From assembly GCA_943354875.1 (NCBI GenBank), contig CALRDJ010000002.1, positions 1 to 44,809 on the forward strand: DNA of 44,809 bases, read 5' to 3'. Of this stretch, positions 26,964 through 34,473 are shown in pieces. The notes beneath the pieces were generated by a model that worked only from the letters and a program-made list of their open reading frames with translations, did not search any database and was not told the DNA's origin. The number at the start of each line of letters is the position of its first letter. Within the stretch, counting starts at the first letter, position 1. The stretch is from Candidatus Levybacteria bacterium GW2011_GWA1_37_16 (GTDB lineage: Bacteria; Patescibacteriota; Microgenomatia; Levybacterales; UBA12049). The position numbers and the translations under genes are program-made.

Positions 26964-28473
26964 TGGCTGGAGGCTTGGTGGAAATATCATATACTACCCG
27001 GGAAATTGCCGGTACTTCATTTACTATTCGAGATGAAATCTTTTGCAAAACATCGTAGGGGAGCCGTGCCCATGTGGAAGTCATGATGTCTTTCGATTCT
27101 ACGACTCGAAGTGCGATAACCTCACCGAAAAATCTCCCATCCCCCTTTACCGCCACAGACTCTGCTCCTGTCATAACCGGAAAAGACATAAATACTGACT
27201 TGAGTAAATCTGCTTTCTCAAGCTCTTCGAGTAAAATTGCGTCTGCTTGTTTTATTTTTTGTAATCTCTCGGGCGTGACTTCTCCACGAATTCTCACTGC
27301 ATACCCTGGTCCTGGAAATGTCTGTTTCCAGATAAATTCATCTGGTAATCCAAGCTTTTTCCCGATAACTCTCACTTCGTCTTTATAGAATTCTCTCAGC
27401 GGCTCTATGAGAGATAATTCCATATGCTCCGGAAGTCCTCCGACGTTATGGTGACTTTTTATCTTATCAGCATGTTTACTGCCTTTACTTTCTATAACAT
27501 CTGAATAAATAGTGCCTTGCAAAAGGAACTTGACGGGCTTGCCAGACTCAACCAGCTTGTCCATTTCTCGCTCGAAAATTTCGATATAAAAATTGCCAAT
27601 AATTTTTCTTTTTTCCTCAGGATCAGTAACTCCCGACAGTCTCCCCTGCATCTCCCCCACCGCATCTACTACTATAGGCTTAACGTTGTGTTGGGCGAAA
27701 ATCTTTTTAACAAACTCTCCTGTCCCCTCTCGCATAAGTCCGTTATCGACATATATGGGGATAAATTGGTCTCCTATCGCCTCCCCTGTTAGTATTCCTG
27801 CCACTGTCGAATCCACTCCACCAGATACTGCTCCGATGACTACCCCATCCCCCACTGTGTCTTTAATATCTCGTTTTAACTTTTCGATATCGATAGTATG
27901 TTCTGTTTTTTTCGCTCCAGTTATTTCTATAAAGTTACGAAGAATTTGGTCTCCGTTCTCTGTATGCTCCACTTCTGGATGAAACTGAACGCCATAGATT
28001 TTCTTTTTTTCATCTGCCACAAATGCAAATGGCATATGATCGGTCATACCGATCGTCTCAAATCCATCTGGAAATTTAATAATCTCATCCCCATGACTCA
28101 TCCAGACGGTAAACTCCTCAGGTAACTTTTCAGTAATTTTTAATTTTGAACTTTTAACTTTTAACTCGGCCGGTCCATATTCTTTTCTTCCAGCTACCAC
28201 TTCCCCACCAAGAAGCTGTGCAGTTAATTGAAGTCCATAGCAAATACCCAGTATGGGGAGATTAAGTTCAAATATTTTAGGTTCGATGGTTGGCGCGCCA
28301 GCATCATAAACAGAAGATGGACCCCCAGAAAGAATGATACCGTTGGGTTTGGTGAGCTTAACGTCTGAGAGCGCATTTTCGGGCGTCGTGATGTGGGCTT
28401 GACTGCCAAGCTCTTTAATTCTACGAGCTATGAGGTGTGAAGTCTGAGATCCGAAATCGACTACTAGGATCAT
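26947..28473 (-). CDS. guaA: GMP synthase (glutamine-hydrolysing)
   Basis: GATase domain (GICYGLQ), ATP-PPase P-loop SGGVDS and the conserved C-terminus PPATMEWE. 508 aa. Confidence 0.95.
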   Translation of the reverse strand: MILVVDFGSQTSHLIARRIKELGSQAHITTPENALSDVKLTKPNGIILSGGPSSVYDAGAPTIEPKIFELNLPILGICYGLQLTAQLLGGEVVAGRKEYGPAELKVKSSKLKITEKLPEEFTVWMSHGDEIIKFPDGFETIGMTDHMPFAFVADEKKKIYGVQFHPEVEHTENGDQILRNFIEITGAKKTEHTIDIEKLKRDIKDTVGDGVVIGAVSGGVDSTVAGILTGEAIGDQFIPIYVDNGLMREGTGEFVKKIFAQHNVKPIVVDAVGEMQGRLSGVTDPEEKRKIIGNFYIEIFEREMDKLVESGKPVKFLLQGTIYSDVIESKGSKHADKIKSHHNVGGLPEHMELSLIEPLREFYKDEVRVIGKKLGLPDEFIWKQTFPGPGYAVRIRGEVTPERLQKIKQADAILLEELEKADLLKSVFMSFPVMTGAESVAVKGDGRFFGEVIALRVVESKDIMTSTWARLPYDVLQKISSRIVNEVPAISRVVYDISTKPPATMEWE

Positions 28474-28478
28474 AACTT

Positions 28479-28529
28479 ATTATACACTCCAGGTGATTAG
28501 TTGACAAGAGTTTATCACTTCTGTATACT
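28479..28529. promoter_or_regulatory. Back-to-back divergent promoters of guaA and purA with overlapping -35 hexamers
   Basis: Plus strand: TTGACA (28501-28506)-17 nt-TATACT (28524-28529). Minus strand: TTGTCA (28507-28502)-17 nt-TATAAT (28484-28479), which ends 5 nt from the guaA ATG. Confidence 0.6.
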
Positions 28530-28546
28530 CGCAAAGGGAAATTTTA

Positions 28547-30076
28547 ATGCCTGTTTATTCAGACGTTGCCAAAGATCTACACGACATCTACACGAAGAAC
28601 CGAATAATAATCGGCACCTCCGCCTCACAGCAAAAACCATCAGCACGAAAAAAAACTATAGCCGTAGTCGGGATCGCTCTCGGAGATGAAGGAAAAGGAC
28701 GCCTCGTCGATAATAGAATTCAATCACTCCTAAAGAAAAAGTCTACTAAGCATGTGTATGTCGTTCGTTTTCAAGGAGGAAACAACGCTGGCCACACGAT
28801 AGAAAAAGAGGGAGTAAAACTCGCTCTGCACCTTATCCCCTCTGGCGTATTTTACAAAGAAACTATCGGTATTATGGACCGAGGTATGTTTATCCATGTA
28901 GAGGATTTACAAACCGAAGTTGGGTATGTAGAAAAAGCGATCGGAAGTCTTAAAAACCGCCTCTTCTTATCTGACGAGGCCATTTTCTCATCTGATTTGG
29001 AACGCGCTGAAGAATGGCTTAACCGCATAAAAGCAGGGCAGGCTGCTGGCGGAACCGGTCGCGGAGTCGCACCATCATACGCTCATGCGATTGATCGACT
29101 GGGACTAAAGATGTTTGATTTTTTATCCGATGGGTGGACTGAAAAACTCGGTGATCAATATGATCGATATGTAAAAGAATTTAAAGCATATGGTATTGAT
29201 CTAAAGATAGTTGAAGTACCAGACTTTTTAGCAACGATTGCAGCAGGGTCTGAAAAAAAACGAAAAGTAGGCAGTAAAAAAGAATTTTTATCTAGACTTG
29301 AAACAGCCAGGAATTGGCTAGTCAAACGAAAAATGATTATCAACACGTTTCTTGTCCATAAAAAAATAAAAAATGACTCTTCTATCGCGATTCTTTTCGA
29401 GGGCGCACAAGCTACGGGACTTGATCCATGGATTGGAACTAGACCAGATGTTACCTCGACTAATACATCCGCATATGGAATCCGAGATGGCACTGCGTTC
29501 TGGCAACCATTTGAAGTAGAAAAAAAGGTCGGCGTATTTAAAATTCCTTATACTTCCAGTGTCGGTGCTAGACGCATGCCTACTCACATCGATCTCCCAA
29601 AAGACCTGAAAGACTTACCGAAGAATCCATCGCTTGACCAAGAATGGGGCGCATATGTCCGTGAAACTGCACATGAATACGGCACGACCACCGGACGACC
29701 TCGAGATATTAACCATCTCGATCTTCCATTTCTCTCATACAACGCCAAAATGTCTTATATTGACGTACTTGAAGGAACTCATCTGGATATAGCACGAGAA
29801 GACACTAAGATCAAAGTGTGTACACATTATGTGAATAAAAAGGGAGAGATAGTTCCCTATCAACCAGGACTCAGATATCAAAGAGACATTACTCCCATAT
29901 ACATAGAGCTACCTGGATGGGACGGCAGTCTCTGTAAAAAGGCCAAGAAAGTTACAGATTTACCACTGAACGCTCGAAAATATCTAAGCTTCATCCAGAA
30001 AAGAATGGGACTACCCATTGTCGGAGTTACCACTGGATCTCTGCGGGACAACATCGTCTACTTCGAAGGATATTAA
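28547..30076 (+). CDS. purA: Adenylosuccinate synthetase, unusually long divergent form
   Basis: GDEGKGRLVD, QGGNNAGHT, GGTGRGVAPSY, FEGAQATGLD and GTTTGRPR motifs are present. At 509 aa it carries an N-terminal extension and internal insertions relative to the ~430 aa canonical enzymes. Confidence 0.85.
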   Translation: MPVYSDVAKDLHDIYTKNRIIIGTSASQQKPSARKKTIAVVGIALGDEGKGRLVDNRIQSLLKKKSTKHVYVVRFQGGNNAGHTIEKEGVKLALHLIPSGVFYKETIGIMDRGMFIHVEDLQTEVGYVEKAIGSLKNRLFLSDEAIFSSDLERAEEWLNRIKAGQAAGGTGRGVAPSYAHAIDRLGLKMFDFLSDGWTEKLGDQYDRYVKEFKAYGIDLKIVEVPDFLATIAAGSEKKRKVGSKKEFLSRLETARNWLVKRKMIINTFLVHKKIKNDSSIAILFEGAQATGLDPWIGTRPDVTSTNTSAYGIRDGTAFWQPFEVEKKVGVFKIPYTSSVGARRMPTHIDLPKDLKDLPKNPSLDQEWGAYVRETAHEYGTTTGRPRDINHLDLPFLSYNAKMSYIDVLEGTHLDIAREDTKIKVCTHYVNKKGEIVPYQPGLRYQRDITPIYIELPGWDGSLCKKAKKVTDLPLNARKYLSFIQKRMGLPIVGVTTGSLRDNIVYFEGY

Positions 30077-30084
30077 ATCCTATT

Positions 30085-30170
30085 GTCATGCCGAACTTGT
30101 TTCGGCATCTCCCTGTGTCTAGAACTTGCCCCGCCGTAACGGGGAGATCCCGAACTAAATTCGGGATGAC
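30085..30170. repeat. 86-bp composite palindromic element (three hairpins), a probable bidirectional terminator between purA and guaB
   Basis: Hairpins are ATGCCGAA-cttgt-TTCGGCAT (30088-30108), CCCCG-ccgtaa-CGGGG (30129-30144) and ATCCCGAA-ctaaa-TTCGGGAT (30147-30167). The termini GTCATGCCGAA and TTCGGGATGAC are inverted repeats with one mismatch. Confidence 0.8.
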
Positions 30171-30181
30171 ACCTAAAAAGG

Positions 30182-31324
30182 TTAGTAGTTTTCTCCAGGG
30201 TTGGTAATAAGTACGTCATGTGGATGGCTTTCAGAAAGCGATGCCTGGGTAATTTGGATAAACTTTCCTTTTTCTGCTAATTCTTCGATCGTTTTCGCTC
30301 CTACGTAATACATTCCTGATTTTATGCCACCAAGTGCTTGATCCATGAGTTCTTTTACCGTTCCCTTTACCGGAACTAGTCCTTCTACTCCCTCTGCCAC
30401 TAATACTCTATCTTTATAACTTTTTCCATGATATTCATCTTCTGACTTTACTGCTGCACCTTTTTGCATCGCCCCAACCGACCCCATGCCACGATATGCC
30501 TTAAACGTATATGTTTCTTTTTTTGATTTAAAAATACTTTGGAAACGCTGAGGTACCTGTTCAGGAGTTAGCTCCACGATTTCCCCAGGTGCCTCCTGTG
30601 CCGAAGCGAAAAAACTTCCCATCATGATGGCCGATGCGCCTGCTGCGAGCGCTTTTACTATATCACCAGAATATTTAATGCCCCCATCAGCGATGATAGG
30701 AACTCCGTGCTTTCGCCCTGCACGAACAGCTTCAAGTATTGCTGTTATCTGCGGAACTCCCATACCGGAAATAATACGAGTAGTACAAATCGCACCTGGT
30801 CCCATTCCGACACGCACTCCATCTGCTCCTGCTTTTATAACTGCCTCTGCCCCATCAAATGTAGCGACATTTCCACCGATTACCTGAAGATCTTTATAGG
30901 TATTTTTAAGATATGAAATCGCATCGAGAACTGACTTCGTGTTGCCATGTGCTGAATCCACAATTACGACTGATACGCCAACCTCCACCAATGCTCTCGC
31001 TCGATCTTCAAATCCAGTAGCTCCGATAGCTGCTCCGACTAACAAATTCTGGCTTCTCACTTCTTTCACCATACGCGCCTGATCTGCTACAGATAGGTTG
31101 CGATGAATAATACCGATACCACCCAAAGAAGCCAGTGCGATAGCCAATTTAGCTTCGGTAACAGTATCCATGGGAGAAGAAACAAAGGGAATATCGAGTG
31201 TAATTTTCTTCGTTAATTTGGTTTTTAAATGTATCTCGCTACGAGAAAAATCAGCATGTCCAGGGATAAGCAGTACGTCGTCAAAGGTGTAACCGATGGG
31301 AAATGAAGTATTTTGGGGCTCCAT
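30182..31324 (-). CDS. guaB: IMP dehydrogenase lacking the CBS (Bateman) subdomain
   Basis: Catalytic loop [17 protein letters not shown] and the finger/flap segments are present. [34 protein letters not shown] joins directly where the CBS pair is normally inserted. 380 aa. Confidence 0.88.
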   Translation of the reverse strand: MEPQNTSFPIGYTFDDVLLIPGHADFSRSEIHLKTKLTKKITLDIPFVSSPMDTVTEAKLAIALASLGGIGIIHRNLSVADQARMVKEVRSQNLLVGAAIGATGFEDRARALVEVGVSVVIVDSAHGNTKSVLDAISYLKNTYKDLQVIGGNVATFDGAEAVIKAGADGVRVGMGPGAICTTRIISGMGVPQITAILEAVRAGRKHGVPIIADGGIKYSGDIVKALAAGASAIMMGSFFASAQEAPGEIVELTPEQVPQRFQSIFKSKKETYTFKAYRGMGSVGAMQKGAAVKSEDEYHGKSYKDRVLVAEGVEGLVPVKGTVKELMDQALGGIKSGMYYVGAKTIEELAEKGKFIQITQASLSESHPHDVLITNPGENY

Positions 31325-31329
31325 AATTT

Positions 31330-31358
31330 ACTATACAATGAGGCGCCTTTTTTGTCAA
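31330..31358 (-). promoter_or_regulatory. guaB promoter (leaderless configuration)
   Basis: On the minus strand, TTGACA (31358-31353)-17 nt-TATAGT (31335-31330), with the ATG (31324) 5 nt downstream. Confidence 0.6.
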
Positions 31359-31397
31359 GAAATGCTACTACTGAAAATTCATGTTTTTCATAGTTTT

Positions 31398-32732
31398 TTA
31401 ACTCACAGGACTGAGCTCTCTCAACTCTCCGTTTAATAATTTCGGAATTGAAATCCTGTGCGCTCCAGATGGAACACCTTTAAAAATTGCCTGAGCAATT
31501 TCTCCTACATCTGCATGCGTTATAAGTAATACTGTCTCTCCATGGTGTACTTTTTCCAATTCTTTTATGAGAAGACTAATTCTCCGCGCAACGTCATCCG
31601 TGGTCTCCGCGTGAAAACCTCTGGCAAGCTCTGGATCTTTTTGATCTGCATCGTATACTATCTGATAATTTGATTTTTTTGTTCCCTCAAATTGACCAAA
31701 ATCTCGCTCTTGAAGTTCGAACTTCGGAACTACGCTACCATCGTATCCATACTCCTGTCTAAATTCAGAGGCAGACTCCCTACATCTCTGAAAAGGAGAA
31801 GCATAAATTGCGCCTATATGAATGCCGTTACTTTTTGCTACTTTAGCTGCTTGTTTCATCTGCTCTCTTCCTTTACTCGTAATACCAAAGTCTTCGATAC
31901 CATTTAGGGGACTGCTTATGATTACACCTTGTTCATTTGCTACGCTCTCCCCATGCCTCAAGACTAAATAGCGATTCCTCAGTCTTTCAGAAGAAAATAA
32001 ACTTGAGTTTTCTTGCCAACTATCCATAGCTAGTTTTATTAGTAAGAGCATATCAGGCACTACTCTTTCTTCATACCTTCCAAAGTTCTTCACTATAATA
32101 TGTGCTCCAGGGAAAATAATCGCTGATCGCTCGTCTTTAGATAACCTAAACGCTACTTCTTCAGGTGATTTTATAAATAAATCAGGTGAGCGTCTCTGTA
32201 GCCTTCTCTCTCTTTCTTTATCAGGAGTATATAGTCCAACAACGAGAGCATTTTCAAGCACAGAAGACGGTTGAATACTTGCTGGATTTTTCACGATAAC
32301 ATTATTAGCAAAAAATATGGGTAACTTTCCAAGCGTTGGTTTTTCCAGACCAAATGGCTCAGTTCTACCACCTTCCATTGTCTTGATACCATACAGTCCG
32401 AGGCCTCCATCCTGAAGGAGGGTTTTAAATTCTTCAGAAGAGGAGTGAAATACTTCATGCCCATCATCAGAGCGAAGTGGACGAGTAATTACTCTTCTTG
32501 GAACACTAATCTTTCCTGCGAAATGAGCATCTTGAGTAGAAGCATCTATAACCGCTTTTTGTATTGTTGATTTACCACTTGCAGAAGATCCGACAAAAAT
32601 GACAGATGAAACTTCATCTAATTGCGAAAGGTTTCTTGTCCTAACCCTAAGAGAGTCCATTCTTGCTTCTCGGATTGCTTTTGCAAGTTTATTTTCTCCC
32701 TGTCCTCTTGCTGTTTCTGTATTTATAGCCAT
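31398..32732 (-). CDS. Fusion protein: N-terminal P-loop kinase (PhnN/guanylate-kinase-like) plus C-terminal histidine phosphatase (PGAM/CobC superfamily)
   Basis: The N-terminal half has Walker A VGSSASGKST and RRVITRP...SSEEF spacing, as in PhnN/GMP-kinase-type proteins. The C-terminal half has LVLRHGES (the RHG catalytic motif) and LLITHADV (the second His). 444 aa. Confidence 0.65.
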   Translation of the reverse strand: MAINTETARGQGENKLAKAIREARMDSLRVRTRNLSQLDEVSSVIFVGSSASGKSTIQKAVIDASTQDAHFAGKISVPRRVITRPLRSDDGHEVFHSSSEEFKTLLQDGGLGLYGIKTMEGGRTEPFGLEKPTLGKLPIFFANNVIVKNPASIQPSSVLENALVVGLYTPDKERERRLQRRSPDLFIKSPEEVAFRLSKDERSAIIFPGAHIIVKNFGRYEERVVPDMLLLIKLAMDSWQENSSLFSSERLRNRYLVLRHGESVANEQGVIISSPLNGIEDFGITSKGREQMKQAAKVAKSNGIHIGAIYASPFQRCRESASEFRQEYGYDGSVVPKFELQERDFGQFEGTKKSNYQIVYDADQKDPELARGFHAETTDDVARRISLLIKELEKVHHGETVLLITHADVGEIAQAIFKGVPSGAHRISIPKLLNGELRELSPVS

Positions 32733-32883
32733 AAAAAAACCTCTCGTAAAGAGAGGTTTGCCTTCTCACCTAGTAAGTGGACTAATCCTTCCCTTTACGG
32801 GTTGGGTTTAGCACCGTTTCAATTTTGAGCGGTTGCCGGATGGGTCACAGAGCCAATTCTCTCGCCATCACTCTTGATTAAAG
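32733..32883 (-). promoter_or_regulatory. SAM-I (S-box) riboswitch: aptamer (32779-32883) plus intrinsic terminator / RBS-sequestering hairpin (32733-32760)
   Basis: The minus-strand RNA is CUUUAAUCAAGAGUGAUGGCGAGAGAAUUGGCUCUGUGACCCAUCCGGCAACCGCUCAAAAUUGAAACGGUGCUAAACCCAACCCGUAAAGGGAAGGAUUAGUCC. It carries the S-box signatures AUCAAGAG, P2 GAUGG/CCAUC with a kink-turn, CGGCAACC, GGUGCUAAA, a P4 hairpin and P1 UUAAUC/GAUUAG. It is followed by ACCUCUC-UUUAC-GAGAGGU, a U-run and the AUG. Confidence 0.88.
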
Positions 32884-32885
32884 CG

Positions 32886-32914
32886 ATTGTATCAAAAACA
32901 GTTGTTCTCGACAA
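32886..32914 (-). promoter_or_regulatory. Promoter driving the S-box leader
   Basis: On the minus strand, TTGTCG (32914-32909)-17 nt-TACAAT (32891-32886) with an extended-10 TG. Confidence 0.6.
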
Positions 32915-32943
32915 GCTCGAACTATAATTGCTACTATAGTAGT

Positions 32944-34473
32944 ATGTTAGCCACAGTAAATTCTTCTGCGGTGGTGGGACTTAACGCTGTCCCTATCGAA
33001 GTGGAAATAGATATTTCCGCCCAAGGCCTCCCCTCTTTTACCATCGTCGGATTACCAGATAAAGCAGTCGAAGAAGCGAAAGAGCGCGTCAGAAGCGCAC
33101 TAAAAAATAGTAAAGCGGATTTTCCAGCGAAACGCATTACAGTAAATCTCGCCCCAGCAGACCTGCCAAAAGAAGGCGCCTCATATGATCTCCCTATCGC
33201 ACTTGGGATTCTTCTCGCATCAGAGCAATTAAAAGGCGACTTCACCACCAGTCTTTTCCTCGGCGAACTATCTCTGGACGGACGACTTAGACACGGAAAC
33301 GGCATACTTCCCCAGATAATTATGGCTAAAGAAAAGAATATCGATACAGTATTTGTCCCGAGTATGAATGCGCAGGAGGCAGCGATCATAAAAGACATAA
33401 CAGTGTATCCAGTCGCTACTCTCACTGAACTTTTTAAGCACATTACAGGACTCAAACTTATAGAACCCCAGAAACATATTTCTCATGAAACTCTGTTATC
33501 ACAGGAGTCTTATGAATTTGATATGCATGATATTCGAGGTCAGGAACAGGCAAAGCGCGCATTTGAAATCGCAGCAGCAGGTGGACATAACATGCTACTA
33601 AAAGGCCCTCCTGGTTCTGGAAAAACACTGCTCGCTAGAACTCTCCCCTCCATCCTTCCCCGCTTAACACTTGATGAGGCGCTGGAAGTTACGAAAATTT
33701 ATAGCGTTTGTGGCATGCTCGATAAGCCTCTTATTACTACCCGTCCATTCAGAAGTCCTCATCACACCACCTCCCACATCGGACTTATCGGTGGAAGTGC
33801 GACGCCAAAACCAGGAGAGATCTCACTAGCCCATCGAGGGGTTTTATTTTTAGACGAACTACCAGAATTTCCCCGTCATGTTCTCGAGGCACTTCGTCAA
33901 CCACTGGAGGATGGGATCGTAACGATCGCCCGCGCGAATGGTCGCGTCGCATTTCCTGCTAAATTTATGCTGGTCGCCGCACAAAACCCGTGCCCCTGTG
34001 GATACCTGGGAGACAAAACACACTCGTGTTCCTGTAGTACCTCTCAAATCTTACGCTATCAGAAAAAAATATCAGGGCCACTTCTTGACCGCATCGATAT
34101 ACATCTCGAAGTTCCCGCAGTAAAAACAGATAAGCTCACTGATCAGGAAGAAAACATGAATGAAACATCCGAGTCCATCCAAAAGAGAGTCCAAAAAGCC
34201 CGCGACTTTCAAACCAAACGGTTTGAAGAATTGAACATCACTTGTAACGCAGAAATGTCCCAAAAAGAAATTAAAAAGTTCTGTGAATTATCGAAAGAGT
34301 CGCATACGCTCCTTCAGCTTGCAGTCACGAAAATGAATCTATCTGCGCGCTCATACTATCGCATCATCCGGCTCGCCCGCACCATCGCTGATTTAGAAAA
34401 TAAACTAGAAATCGCTCCCTCTCACATCGCAGAAGCGCTCCAATATCGTCCAAAAACTGATACACTCTTCTAA
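32944..34473 (+). CDS. comM: Mg-chelatase-like AAA+ ATPase ComM/YifB
   Basis: MLATVNSSAVVGLNAVPIEVEIDI is the typical N-terminus. Walker A is GPPGSGKT, and the C-terminus is SHIAEALQYR. I used ATG 32944 rather than the TTG-extended ORF from 32887. Confidence 0.9.
   Translation: MLATVNSSAVVGLNAVPIEVEIDISAQGLPSFTIVGLPDKAVEEAKERVRSALKNSKADFPAKRITVNLAPADLPKEGASYDLPIALGILLASEQLKGDFTTSLFLGELSLDGRLRHGNGILPQIIMAKEKNIDTVFVPSMNAQEAAIIKDITVYPVATLTELFKHITGLKLIEPQKHISHETLLSQESYEFDMHDIRGQEQAKRAFEIAAAGGHNMLLKGPPGSGKTLLARTLPSILPRLTLDEALEVTKIYSVCGMLDKPLITTRPFRSPHHTTSHIGLIGGSATPKPGEISLAHRGVLFLDELPEFPRHVLEALRQPLEDGIVTIARANGRVAFPAKFMLVAAQNPCPCGYLGDKTHSCSCSTSQILRYQKKISGPLLDRIDIHLEVPAVKTDKLTDQEENMNETSESIQKRVQKARDFQTKRFEELNITCNAEMSQKEIKKFCELSKESHTLLQLAVTKMNLSARSYYRIIRLARTIADLENKLEIAPSHIAEALQYRPKTDTLF

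Noticed and set aside
28151-28164. A short tandem repeat CTTTTAA x2 inside guaA.
   Set aside because: It is only two units long, and on the coding (minus) strand it encodes part of the ordinary Lys-rich segment LKVKSSKLKI. It is not a structured repeat.
32733-32883. I first considered a small SRP (4.5S) RNA, because the minus-strand GGCUCUGU...CGGCAACCGCU resembles the 5' part of E. coli 4.5S RNA.
   Set aside because: There is no domain IV GGAA tetraloop or AGCA symmetric-loop motif. The whole segment fits the SAM-I consensus much better. It is followed by a terminator placed directly in front of a start codon, which is riboswitch architecture.
32887-32943. A TTG-initiated extension of comM (MYQKQLFSTSSNYNCYYSS).
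   Set aside because: ComM/YifB proteins start at the MLA...VVGL segment (ATG 32944). The extension also overlaps the divergent riboswitch promoter.
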